DNA of 64,000 nt from Elusimicrobiota bacterium (GTDB lineage: Bacteria; Elusimicrobiota; Elusimicrobia; UBA1565), in assembly GCA_043827405.1 (NCBI GenBank), contig JBDRPD010000054.1:79691-143690 (forward strand). The letters are read 5' to 3'. A model generated the notes under the pieces. That model was not told where the DNA came from. It saw nothing but the letters and a program-made list of their open reading frames with translations, and did no database searches. The translations under genes and the position numbers were made by a program. This document shows positions 19,420-27,833 of the stretch, piece after piece. Position 1 is the stretch's first letter. The number at the start of each line of letters is the position of its first letter.

Positions 19420-20394
19420 ATGAAGACCGCAACCGAGAAGGCTCCGTCAAAGCTGATTCTGCTCGGCGAGCATGCCGTGGTCTACGGGCAGCCGGCGATC
19501 GCGGTGCCGCTGCGCGAGCCCTCCGCTGAAGCCGTGGTGACCGAGACGAGCGAATCCGAGCCGGTCGCCGTCGAGCTGAAGGATTTCGGTCTCCGTTGGA
19601 CGCGAGGCGAGAAGGCGGAGGCCGAGGAAATCCTTCCGTTCGCGCATATCGTCCGGTCCTGCATCGAAGACGGCGGCCGCATGCCGGGCCGCGGCTGGAA
19701 GCTCTCGATCCGATCGGACATTCCCATCGGCTGCGGTCTGGGCAGCGGCGCCGCTGTTTCCACCGCCGCGCTGCGGGCCATCCATCGTTTTTTCGGCTTC
19801 GCTATCGCGCCGCGAGAGCTGTCCGCGCTCGTCTACGAGACGGAGCGGATGCTGCACGGCACGCCGAGCGGCATCGATAATACCGTTATCGCGACCGAGC
19901 GTCCCGTTCTGTTCCGTAAGGGAGAGGACGGGGAATTTATCGAGCCGCCGGCGGCTCCCATCTTTTTCGTCATCGGCTATACGGGCAAGCGGCATAAGAC
20001 GTTCGCGGTCGTGACCGAGGTCGCGGAGGCGCGCGCGGCGGATCCCGAGACCTACGACGGGATATTCGCGGACATCGGCGAGATAACCCGTAAAGGCGCC
20101 GCCGCCTTCCGGGCCGGCGCGTTTGCCGAGCTCGGCCGGCTCATGGACGAGAATCACCGGCTGCTGGAAAGGCTCGGCGTTTCCTCACCCGAGCTCGAGC
20201 GCATGGTCCAGGCGGCGCAGGCCGCGGGGGCGCTCGGCGCCAAGCTGAGCGGCGCCGGCCGGGGCGGCTGCATGGTGGCGCTGGCGCCGGACGCCGTCGT
20301 CGCCGGCAAGCTTGAAGAGGCGCTGCGCCGGGCCGGTTCGGTTATGACCGTGACGACGGGAATTCTGCGGCGCAAGGCGGCGGCATGCGGGTGA
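19420..20394 (+). CDS. mvk: Mevalonate kinase (GHMP family)
   Basis: PSKLILLGEHAVVYG, PIGCGLGSGAA, HGTPSGID, KLSGAGRGG. Confidence 0.94.
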   Translation: MKTATEKAPSKLILLGEHAVVYGQPAIAVPLREPSAEAVVTETSESEPVAVELKDFGLRWTRGEKAEAEEILPFAHIVRSCIEDGGRMPGRGWKLSIRSDIPIGCGLGSGAAVSTAALRAIHRFFGFAIAPRELSALVYETERMLHGTPSGIDNTVIATERPVLFRKGEDGEFIEPPAAPIFFVIGYTGKRHKTFAVVTEVAEARAADPETYDGIFADIGEITRKGAAAFRAGAFAELGRLMDENHRLLERLGVSSPELERMVQAAQAAGALGAKLSGAGRGGCMVALAPDAVVAGKLEEALRRAGSVMTVTTGILRRKAAACG

Positions 20395-20939
20395 TCGTCG
20401 GGCTCTCCGGCGCGTCGGGCGTGGTGATCGGCGTCCGCTTGGTCGAAGAGCTGCTGGCCCGCAGCTGCGAGGTGCATGCGGTCGTCACCTCTTCGGCCTG
20501 GGACGTCCTGCGCCACGAGATGGGGGCGGACTTCAAGTTTCCCGCCGGGGCCGCGCTCTACGAGCAGAAAGACGCGAAAGCGCCGTTCAACAGCAGCTCT
20601 TTTCGCGCCGCCGCGATGGTCGTGGCGCCCTGCTCCATGAAGTCGCTGTCCGCGATCGCCGCCGGCTACGCCGATAATATTTTAGTGCGGGCGGCGGACG
20701 GCATGCTGCGTACCGGCGGGAAGCTGATCCTGGTTCCCCGGGAGACGCCGCTGTCGCTCTCGGCGCTGGAAAATATGGCGTCCTTGCGGCGTGACGGCGC
20801 CCTGATCGCTCCGCCGATGGCGGCGTACTACCACGGACCCAAGACCGTCGACGATATGACGAATTTCTTCGTCGGCAAGCTGCTCGATCTGCTGGGTCTC
20901 GAAAATGATCTGTACCGGCGCTGGAGCGGTGGAGCATAG
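20385..20939 (+). CDS. ubiX: Flavin prenyltransferase (prFMN synthase)
   Basis: VGLSGASG, PCSMKSLSAIAAGYADN, RAAD, LVPRETP. Confidence 0.94.
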   Translation: MRVIVGLSGASGVVIGVRLVEELLARSCEVHAVVTSSAWDVLRHEMGADFKFPAGAALYEQKDAKAPFNSSSFRAAAMVVAPCSMKSLSAIAAGYADNILVRAADGMLRTGGKLILVPRETPLSLSALENMASLRRDGALIAPPMAAYYHGPKTVDDMTNFFVGKLLDLLGLENDLYRRWSGGA

Positions 20940-20940
20940 A

Positions 20941-22215
20941 ATGGATATCGGCTCGATTATCAAGATGTTCCAGGACGCCGGCGAGCTCACGACGGTGGGG
21001 GAAGAGCTCGACCCCGTGCTCAAGGCGGCGGCAGCGATCCGCGCCGCCGAACCCGCGCCCGTGCTCCTGGATAACGTGCGAGGCAGCCGGATCCTGGCCA
21101 ATATCATGCCGACCCGGGACGCGCTGGCGCGGCTGCTCGGGGTCGATCCCGCCCGGTTTTTGCCCGAGCTGGCGGCCAAGCTGGAGGGGGGCGGCGCGGG
21201 CTGTGTCCGGCGCGACGCCGTCTTCGGCGACGAGGAGATTCCGCTGGCCGAGCTGGAGCGGCTGCCCTTTTTGACCTACTACAGCGTGGACGGCGGGCCC
21301 TATCTGACGGCGGGCGTATGGGTCGTTCGCGATCCCCGGCATGGAGTGAATCTTTCCTATCACCGCATGATGCGGACCGGCCCGGGACGCGGTACCGTGC
21401 GCGTTGTGGAGCGGCGCGGCACCGATACCGCGATGAAGAACAGCGGCGGCACGCTGGAGGCGGCGATCTGTATCGGCGCTCCCGCGCCGGTGCTGTTCGC
21501 GGCGGCGCTGTCGCCCGCGCCCGACATCAACGAGCTGGACATCGCCGCGCGCTTCGGCGAGCTGGAGCTGGTCCGCTGCAAAACGATCGACGTGGAGGTC
21601 CCCGCTTCCTGCCAGCTGGTGATCGAGGGCCGGTTCACCGGGGAGACCGGGGCTGAAGGTCCCTTCGTGGATATCACGGGGACGGTAGATGTTGTCCGGC
21701 AGCAGCCGGTGTTCGAAATTACGCGGGCGGCTCGCCGCAGGGATGCCGTGCTCTACGATATCGTACCGGGACGGTCCGATCACCGGACGCTGATGGGGAT
21801 TCCCAAAGAGCTGGATATTTACCGCGAAGTTTCCAAGGTCTGCCGCTGTCTCGACGTATCCATCACGCCGGGCGGCGCTTCCTGGCTGCACGCGGTCATC
21901 CGCATCGCCAAAGAAAAAGGGCAGGACGGACGCGCGGCGCTGGCGGCGGCGTTCGCCGCGCACCGCTCGCTCAAACACTGCGTTGTCGTCGATGAAGACA
22001 TCGACATCCGCAATCCCGCCGCGGTCGAATGGGCGCTGGCGACGCGGTTCCAGGCCAATACCGACCTGCTGCTGCTCGACGATCAGCCGGGCAGCTCGCT
22101 TGATCCCTCCGTGCATCACGAGAGCGGCAAGGGCAGCCGGGGCTCGAAGCTCGGGCTCGACGCCACGATTCGCGAGGGCGGCGAACCGTCGCTGTTCAAG
22201 AAGATAACCGAGTGA
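20941..22215 (+). CDS. UbiD-family prFMN decarboxylase; by context trans-anhydromevalonate 5-phosphate decarboxylase
   Basis: NLSYHRM, EGPFVDITG, KHCVVVDEDID, EWALATRFQA, SSLDPS, KLGLDAT; lies between mvk/ubiX and the AcnX/IPK genes; start at ATG 20941. Confidence 0.88.
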   Translation: MDIGSIIKMFQDAGELTTVGEELDPVLKAAAAIRAAEPAPVLLDNVRGSRILANIMPTRDALARLLGVDPARFLPELAAKLEGGGAGCVRRDAVFGDEEIPLAELERLPFLTYYSVDGGPYLTAGVWVVRDPRHGVNLSYHRMMRTGPGRGTVRVVERRGTDTAMKNSGGTLEAAICIGAPAPVLFAAALSPAPDINELDIAARFGELELVRCKTIDVEVPASCQLVIEGRFTGETGAEGPFVDITGTVDVVRQQPVFEITRAARRRDAVLYDIVPGRSDHRTLMGIPKELDIYREVSKVCRCLDVSITPGGASWLHAVIRIAKEKGQDGRAALAAAFAAHRSLKHCVVVDEDIDIRNPAAVEWALATRFQANTDLLLLDDQPGSSLDPSVHHESGKGSRGSKLGLDATIREGGEPSLFKKITE

Positions 22216-23453
22216 ACCTGTCCGCGGAAGAACAAGATGTCCTCGACGGCAAGCAGGGCGCCGGGGCCGCCAAGGCCATGGAGATTCTGCGGGCGCTGGG
22301 CCGCATCAGCGGGGCGCCGGATATGGTCCGGGTCGGCTCAGTGCAGGTCTCGGGCGTAAGCTACAAGAATATCGGCGAGCATGGGCTCGCCTTTCTCAAT
22401 GAGTGGGCGGCCCAAGGCTCCAAGGCGGCGGTACCCGCTTTCATGAATCCCGGCGGCGCCGACCGCAAGCTGTGGAAGGCCTTGGGCTTTCCGGCGGATT
22501 TCGTCGAAAAACAGGCGCAGGTGGTCGCGGCGCTGGAGGGCCTGGGCGTGCAGCCGACCTTGACCTGCACGCCGTACCATATCGGCATCAAGCCGCAGCC
22601 CGGCGAGCATGTCGCCTGGGCGGAGTCCTCGGCGGTCGTGTTTGCGAACTCGGTGCTCGGGGCCCGGACCAACCGGGAGGGCGGACCGTCGGCGATCGCC
22701 GCGGCGCTGACCGGGCGGACGCCCCGGCACGGCCTGCATACCGACGAGGGGCGGCGGCCTACCCGCGTCGTTCAGGTGAAATGCGGGGTCAAGACGAGCG
22801 CCGATGCCGGCGCGCTCGGCTACCTGATCGGCCGCGTCCTGGCGCAGGACAGCAAGGGCGGAATCCCGTATATCGCGGGGGTCGAGCCGCCGGAAGGAGC
22901 GGCGCGGCTGGCTTGGCTTAAAGCGCTCGGCGCCGGGATGGCCGCTTCCGGTTCGGTAGGCCTGTATCACCTGGAGGGCGTGACGCCCGAAGCGGCCGCC
23001 GCGGGGGCCGGGTTCGCCGACGCCGCGCCGGAGCGTACGGAGATCGTCTCGCTGGCGGAAGGCTATCGTAATCTGAACGCCAAACAGGGCGCTATCGACG
23101 TGGTGGCCCTCGGCTGCCCGCATGCCTCGCCCGAAGAGCTGGAGCATGTTGTGCGGCTGCTGCGCGGCCGCCGGACCAAGCTCCCGCTGTGGATTTTCGT
23201 GGCGGAAGGCGTGCGCCGGGAGGCGCAGGCCGCGGGCGTCGCGGCGGAGCTCGAGAAGTCGGGAGCGGTCCTGCTCGCCGACACCTGCCTGGTGGTGGCG
23301 CCGCTCAAGGAGCTCGGGATCCGGGGCGCGGTGACCAACTCGGCCAAGATGGCATTTTATCTGCCGTCGCATCACGGCGTAGGCGTGCGCTTCGGCTCGA
23401 CGGAAGAAGGCGTTGAAACCGCGGTCGCCGGGGAGTGGAAATACGATGCCTGA
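22212..23453 (+). CDS. Aconitase X large subunit (DUF521); by context phosphomevalonate dehydratase large subunit
   Basis: SGVSYKNIG, TCTPY, WAESSAVVFANSVLGARTNREGG, GCPH, DTCLVV, TNSAK (three Fe-S cysteines). Confidence 0.9.
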   Translation: MNLSAEEQDVLDGKQGAGAAKAMEILRALGRISGAPDMVRVGSVQVSGVSYKNIGEHGLAFLNEWAAQGSKAAVPAFMNPGGADRKLWKALGFPADFVEKQAQVVAALEGLGVQPTLTCTPYHIGIKPQPGEHVAWAESSAVVFANSVLGARTNREGGPSAIAAALTGRTPRHGLHTDEGRRPTRVVQVKCGVKTSADAGALGYLIGRVLAQDSKGGIPYIAGVEPPEGAARLAWLKALGAGMAASGSVGLYHLEGVTPEAAAAGAGFADAAPERTEIVSLAEGYRNLNAKQGAIDVVALGCPHASPEELEHVVRLLRGRRTKLPLWIFVAEGVRREAQAAGVAAELEKSGAVLLADTCLVVAPLKELGIRGAVTNSAKMAFYLPSHHGVGVRFGSTEEGVETAVAGEWKYDA

Positions 23454-23844
23454 GAAGCGGCTGGAGGGGCGGGTGATCTTCGGCGGCGCCGCCGCGGGCC
23501 GCGTCTTGAAGTCCGAGCAGCCTTTGGGCTTTTTCGGCCATATCGATCCCGAGACCGGCGTTTACCGGGAAGCGGGGCATCCGCTGGACGGCCGGCTGCT
23601 CAGCGGCCGGGTGCTGGTCTTTCCGCGGGGCAAAGGCAGCACGGTGGGCTCCTACATCATCTACGCGCTGCGCAAGACCGGCAAGGCGCCCGCGGCGATG
23701 ATCATCGGCGAATGCGATACCATCGTCGCCGTCGGCGCCATCATCGGCGAGATCCCCGCGCTGGACAGCGTCGACCTTTCATGCCTCAAGGACGGCGACG
23801 CGGTGCGGGTGCGGGACGGGGAGGTTTTCATTGAGCAAGCTTAG
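23446..23844 (+). CDS. Aconitase X swivel (small) subunit (DUF126); phosphomevalonate dehydratase small subunit
   Basis: FFGHIDPETG, GHPL.G, VFPRGKGSTVGSY, KAPAAMI; ATG 23446 overlaps the large-subunit stop. Confidence 0.9.
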   Translation: MPEKRLEGRVIFGGAAAGRVLKSEQPLGFFGHIDPETGVYREAGHPLDGRLLSGRVLVFPRGKGSTVGSYIIYALRKTGKAPAAMIIGECDTIVAVGAIIGEIPALDSVDLSCLKDGDAVRVRDGEVFIEQA

Positions 23845-24625
23845 CGTCTTCGTCAAGCTGGGCGGGTCGTTTATCACCGACAAGAATGTGGCCGACAGCC
23901 TGGCCGGGCCGCGCATTGAGACCGCCGCGCGCATGATCGGCGAGGCGCTGGGGCAGAGCGAAATGTCCTTGGTGCTCGGCCACGGCGCCGGCTCGTACGG
24001 CCACATCCTGGCGCAGAAGTACGATGCCGTGCGGGGCGTGCATCCCGAGTTGGGCTGGGAAGGCTACTACAAGATCCGCGAGTCGATGACCGAGATGAAT
24101 TTGCGTTTCGTGCGCCACTGCGGCGCCGGCGGGCTGCATCCCGTGACGATCTCGCCGCATGCCGTGGCGGCGGCGGCGGACGGCCGGCTGGAGCGCATCG
24201 ATACGCGCAATATCTCCGAGCTGCTTAAGCAAGGGCAGATTCCGCTGCTGCACGGCGATATCGTCCCCGACCGCGTGCGCGGCTTCACTATAGCCTCTAC
24301 CGAAGCCCTGCTCGCGGGGCTGGCCGAGCATATGCGCTTCGACCGGGTGGTGATGATCAGCGATACCGTCGGCGTGCTTGACGAGAAGGGCCGGACGATC
24401 GAGATGCTCGACGACGGCGGGTTCGCCGCGGCCGCGGAGCATATCGGCGGAGCCGGCGCGCCCGACGTTACCGGCGGGATGCGCCGGAAGGTGGAGCAGC
24501 TCTTTTCGCTGATCCGCGCCGGCCGTATCGGCGAGGCGCGTATTACCACCTGCGCTGAAGAGCCCGAGAACCTGCGGCGGGCGATCCTCGGCGACGGCGG
24601 CGGCGGAACGCTGCTGCAGGCCTAA
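23831..24625 (+). CDS. ipk: Isopentenyl phosphate kinase (amino-acid kinase fold)
   Basis: VKLGGSFITDK, HGAGSYGH (IPK-type His), PLLHGDIV, DVTGGM..K. Confidence 0.9.
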   Translation: MSKLSVFVKLGGSFITDKNVADSLAGPRIETAARMIGEALGQSEMSLVLGHGAGSYGHILAQKYDAVRGVHPELGWEGYYKIRESMTEMNLRFVRHCGAGGLHPVTISPHAVAAAADGRLERIDTRNISELLKQGQIPLLHGDIVPDRVRGFTIASTEALLAGLAEHMRFDRVVMISDTVGVLDEKGRTIEMLDDGGFAAAAEHIGGAGAPDVTGGMRRKVEQLFSLIRAGRIGEARITTCAEEPENLRRAILGDGGGGTLLQA

Positions 24626-24636
24626 CGGAGGAGAAT

Positions 24637-25059
24637 ATGCCCTGTCTTGAGATCACCCTGCCGAAGACCGACCGCGAGACCAAGGCGAAACTCGCGGACT
24701 GCCTGACCGAGGCCTTCGCGAGCAGCACCCTGTTCGGCAAGGAGATATTCGGCGTGCGGTTCTTCGAGTACGGTCCCGGCGAGGCGGCGGTCGGCGGCCG
24801 GCTGGTGGACGGCGATGAAAAGAGCCCCTATCTGCACGCCCTGCTGTACTGTCCCCGGATTACGCGCTCGACCAAACAGAAGCTGGCGGAAGCCCTCACG
24901 GAAGCTTTTGTTCGGGGTACGGGCCGGGAGGACTGGAGGCCGGTTATCCATATCTGCGAGCACCCCTACGACAATGTCGCGGTGGAGGGGCGGGTCTTGT
25001 CCGAGGCCTTCGAGGAGTGCGCGAAGAAAAGCTTCTACTACGAGCTGCCCAAGGATTGA
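24637..25059 (+). CDS. Tautomerase superfamily protein with two beta-alpha-beta repeats (fused 4-OT/MIF-like)
   Basis: GGAGGAG RBS; Met-Pro start; internal repeat PCLEITL..TDRETKAKLADCLTEAF / PYLHALL...ITRSTKQKLAEALTEAF; AVGG/AVEG ends. Confidence 0.8.
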   Translation: MPCLEITLPKTDRETKAKLADCLTEAFASSTLFGKEIFGVRFFEYGPGEAAVGGRLVDGDEKSPYLHALLYCPRITRSTKQKLAEALTEAFVRGTGREDWRPVIHICEHPYDNVAVEGRVLSEAFEECAKKSFYYELPKD

Positions 25060-25060
25060 A

Positions 25061-25903
25061 ATGTCCGACGCCTTCGCGCCCGGAACCCTGCGGCGCCTTG
25101 TGCTGGGACGTACCGTCAGCGCACTACAGAGCGGCGCCCTGCGTCCCATCCCGACCGGAAGTGAGCTTGTCGCACAGGACGGCGTCGAATTCGTCGTGCG
25201 CATTTTCACCAACCTCGCCCGGAAGGAGACGCACCGGAAGGGGCGGGACAACAAGAACCCGTTTTTACCGCCGGAACAGGACCTGACGGTTGCCGGCGTC
25301 TCCGCTGCGCATTTTTGCATTCTTAACAAGTTTAATGTCTTCGCTCATCACCTGCTCATCGTCACCCGGGAGTTCGAGGAACAGGAGCGCCTGCTGACGG
25401 CGGCGGACTGCGCGGCGCTGCTGCGCTGTATGGCGGAATATGAAGCGCTCGGTTTCTATAACGGCGGCGAGACCGCCGGCGCGAGCGAGCGGCACAAGCA
25501 TCTGCAGCTGGTGCCGCTGCCGCTGACGACGCGCGGGCCGTCGGTGCCGATCGAGGCCGCGCTTGCAGGAGCGGAATTCCGCCACGGCATCGGGATGTCG
25601 GTCCGGCTGCCGTTCCGGCATGCGCTGGCCGCCGTGGAGCCGCGGTGGTCTGCGGACCGGATGCTGGAAGCTTATCACGGCCTGCTCAACGCGGTCGGGG
25701 TCGACGGGGCGGCGCCCTACAACCTGCTCATGACCCGGCGCTGGATGCTCGCGGTGCCGCGGGCGGCGGAGAAATTCGGGTCGGTATCGATCAATGCCCT
25801 CGGCTTCGCGGGCTCCCTGCTCGTGCGCAACGCCGCTGAGCTGGCCAAGCTCAAGGAGCTCGGCCCGATGAACGTGCTAAAGAGCGTCGGCTGTCCGCGC
25901 TGA
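25061..25903 (+). CDS. ATP adenylyltransferase / Ap4A phosphorylase II (Apa2-like)
   Basis: NPFLPPE, LNKFNV..HHLLIVTREFEEQ, GFYNGG..AGASERHKHLQ (HxHxQ), YNLLMT, INALGFAG; start at ATG 25061. Confidence 0.9.
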   Translation: MSDAFAPGTLRRLVLGRTVSALQSGALRPIPTGSELVAQDGVEFVVRIFTNLARKETHRKGRDNKNPFLPPEQDLTVAGVSAAHFCILNKFNVFAHHLLIVTREFEEQERLLTAADCAALLRCMAEYEALGFYNGGETAGASERHKHLQLVPLPLTTRGPSVPIEAALAGAEFRHGIGMSVRLPFRHALAAVEPRWSADRMLEAYHGLLNAVGVDGAAPYNLLMTRRWMLAVPRAAEKFGSVSINALGFAGSLLVRNAAELAKLKELGPMNVLKSVGCPR

Positions 25904-25906
25904 CGC

Positions 25907-26446
25907 TTATTTCTTCTTCGCTTTCTTGACCCGCGCGGTGATGATGTCGTCGAGCCCTTCCGGCTTGTCCGGCAGCTTGAAGTCGTACTTGAGCTGCGAC
26001 TGGCGCGTGCGGGCGCTCAGGAACCAGCCGTCCAGGCAGACCTGGAAGACTTCCTTTTCGCCGGCGGCCAGCGGGCCGCGGCCTTCGATGCGGATGCGCA
26101 CCTGGCGCGTCTCGCTGCGGTAGGGGATTTCGTGACAGATCTGCCCGGCCGGCGGGATGTTCTGGCAGCGCTGCTCGTAGATGGTCGCTTTGAGGAACTT
26201 CATCTCCGATAGCGGCCCGTCGCCCTCTTTAAATGTTATGTCCTCGCAGTCGCGGGTCCAGCGGGAGATCATGCCCGCGGTCTGAAAGCCGGCTGGGGCG
26301 GCTGCGGCGGTCTTGCGCGCCTGCTTGACGACCGCTTTGACATCGATCGATCCCTGGTCAAAATTGATGTTGGGCTCCGCGGCGGCGAAGCTCCAGAGTC
26401 CTGCGGTGACGGCGAAAACGGCGGCGATTCTGATCCCGTGCTTCAT
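25907..26446 (-). CDS. Secreted hypothetical protein
   Basis: AGGAGG RBS, signal peptide, INFDQGSIDV N-terminal motif, four cysteines. Confidence 0.75.
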   Translation of the reverse strand: MKHGIRIAAVFAVTAGLWSFAAAEPNINFDQGSIDVKAVVKQARKTAAAAPAGFQTAGMISRWTRDCEDITFKEGDGPLSEMKFLKATIYEQRCQNIPPAGQICHEIPYRSETRQVRIRIEGRGPLAAGEKEVFQVCLDGWFLSARTRQSQLKYDFKLPDKPEGLDDIITARVKKAKKK

Positions 26447-26500
26447 GTTTTGCCTCCTGAAAGGTAAATTTATTGTACACCCGGACGCGCTATGACAATA

Positions 26501-26596
26501 TAGGTCGATAGTCCCAGTACTTTTTCATATAGGCCCTAGGGCCTATATTCCGCTAGGCCTCCCGGCCCGGGGAGTCCTGCTCCCGCGCGCTAACCT
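26501..26596. promoter_or_regulatory. Three palindromic TAGGNC-N4-GNCCYR boxes in a divergent promoter region
   Basis: TAGGTCGATAGTCCCA (26501-26516); perfect 22-bp palindrome ATATAGGCCCTAGGGCCTATAT (26527-26548); TAGGCCTCCCGGCCCG (26554-26569); -10-like TAACCT (26591-26596, +) and TACAAT (26477-26472, -). Confidence 0.55.
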
Positions 26597-26624
26597 ATTA
26601 GCGATGGAGCGCATGGGGGAGATA

Positions 26625-27242
26625 ATGAAAAACAGAATTCAGAAGGCGGTCATTTTGCTGCTGGCTTTCATGCTCCTTCCGGCCGTCGCGGCGCGGGCGG
26701 CGAAATCCGCCAAGCGCACCTGCCGTTTCTATGTCGCCAACAGCAAGAAGTCCGGTTCCCGCTTGCTGTGCCTCAAAACCTGCCCGTCATGGACCTATTC
26801 AGTGCGCCTGCAGGGGCAGAGCGACCACTTCTGCATGCCGCGCCACGTCTTCGGATCGGAAGGAAAGCGCAACGCTTTTGTGCGCGATAATATGGGCGGC
26901 GCCGCGAATAATACCGTGCGGCGGGCGGGCTCCAAGCCCGGCCGGAAGATCAGCAGCACCGGCAGCGGCGCCTATGTCGGCGACGATCCGGCCAACAATG
27001 TCCGGGTGAGCTGCAGCGGGCCCAAGCGCATTACTTTCGGCACGGTGGTGGATGATAAAGGCCGCTTTCTCGGTTATGATCGTTCCACTATCGAGAAGGC
27101 CGTACAGCGGGGCGATATTACCGCGCAGGAAGCCGCCGGTATGACCATCTCCCCGGTCGCCAAGCGGCGGCGTGCCGACGGCACGGCCTACTATACCGAC
27201 AGCCGCACCGGCAGGATCGTTGATCCGGACTCCTTTAAATAA
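26625..27242 (+). CDS. Secreted basic hypothetical protein
   Basis: GGGGAG RBS before ATG 26625 (ATG 26604 alternative); signal peptide MKNRIQKAVILLLAFMLLPAVAARA. Confidence 0.65.
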   Translation: MKNRIQKAVILLLAFMLLPAVAARAAKSAKRTCRFYVANSKKSGSRLLCLKTCPSWTYSVRLQGQSDHFCMPRHVFGSEGKRNAFVRDNMGGAANNTVRRAGSKPGRKISSTGSGAYVGDDPANNVRVSCSGPKRITFGTVVDDKGRFLGYDRSTIEKAVQRGDITAQEAAGMTISPVAKRRRADGTAYYTDSRTGRIVDPDSFK

Positions 27243-27252
27243 CACCAAAGTT

Positions 27253-27600
27253 GACTCCGTCGTAAGAACACCGTCGTGTGGCGCGTTCGCGCGGGGGCGC
27301 CTTACGCAGGTAAGGCCGCGCCCTCCAAGGCCATCGTGGGTGCTTGCGTCCAGTACCTCAGCGCCCGCCGCAGGTTGCACCCCGCGGCCTTGAGCTGCAC
27401 CACCAAATTCGTCCGACGTCCCCGTCTCACCCGCAACTTCCCCAGCCCCGGCCCCCGCTTGAGCTCCGAGTTCGTCGCCTCGATCCCCGCCCGAATCGCG
27501 CAGCGCTCCTTGAACTCGGGTTGCGCCTCCTGCTGCTTGAGCCACTCCCCGGCCTTCGTCCGCCCGGTCGGGCACTTCGCCGCCGGCGCCTTTACTCGGC
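27253..27600 (-). mobile_element. Remnant of an IS1182/IS5-like element: transposase C-terminus and probable terminal repeat
   Basis: My translation of the minus strand gives ...QPEFKERCAIRAGIEATNSELKRGPGLGKLRVRRG...QLKAAGCNLRR...* (stop 27302-27304), DDE_Tnp_1_6-like; no N-terminus; end-like GACTCCGTCGTAAG at 27253. Confidence 0.7.
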
Positions 27601-27765
27601 GCCATCCAAAACGCGCCGGGCCTTCGCCTCGCCAAGATGCCGTCGTGGCTTCGGCAATACCAGCAGGTCGCAGTGCATCGCGTCAAACACGCGCCGCCAG
27701 GTATCCAGTCGAGCGTCCGTCCGTCCGGATTCGAGTAGTTGAATATGCTGCTGGGATGTCCTTAT
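27592..27765 (-). pseudogene. Fragment of an XRE-family helix-turn-helix protein
   Basis: SQQHIQLLESGRTDARLDTWRRVFDAMHCDL resembles the recognition helix and C-terminal half of HTH_3; the N-terminal helices are not evident. Confidence 0.5.
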
Positions 27766-27811
27766 AGAATCCTGACCGGCCGCTTGTATAGGGATCCCAT
27801 CCCATGTGAGA

Positions 27812-27833
27812 ATAACATAGTTAACTATGTTAT
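27812..27833. repeat. Perfect 22-bp palindrome (operator-like)
   Basis: ATAACATAGTTAACTATGTTAT equals its own reverse complement; nearby direct repeat GGGATTAAAG x2 (27842-27862). Confidence 0.7.

Noticed and set aside
20587..22119. Long antisense and alternate-frame ORFs (also 98-1192, 6123-7400, 10541-11791, 32556-33764, 54437-55669 and many others)
   Set aside because: Shadow ORFs typical of high-GC DNA; they overlap motif-supported genes and have Arg/Ala/Pro-rich, motif-free translations.
20385..22215. ubiX/ubiD as ubiquinone/menaquinone or aromatic-acid decarboxylase genes
   Set aside because: No ubiA/mqn or aromatic catabolism genes nearby; both are translationally coupled between mvk and AcnX/IPK.
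22212..23844. AcnX as cis-3-hydroxy-L-proline dehydratase, given proline-related genes elsewhere in the window
   Set aside because: No proline racemase or pyrroline-2-carboxylate reductase adjacent; the split two-subunit form inside an MVA operon fits phosphomevalonate dehydratase.
26799..27686. 295-aa minus-strand ORF as a real gene
   Set aside because: It is off-frame to the transposase remnant and antisense to the secreted protein gene.
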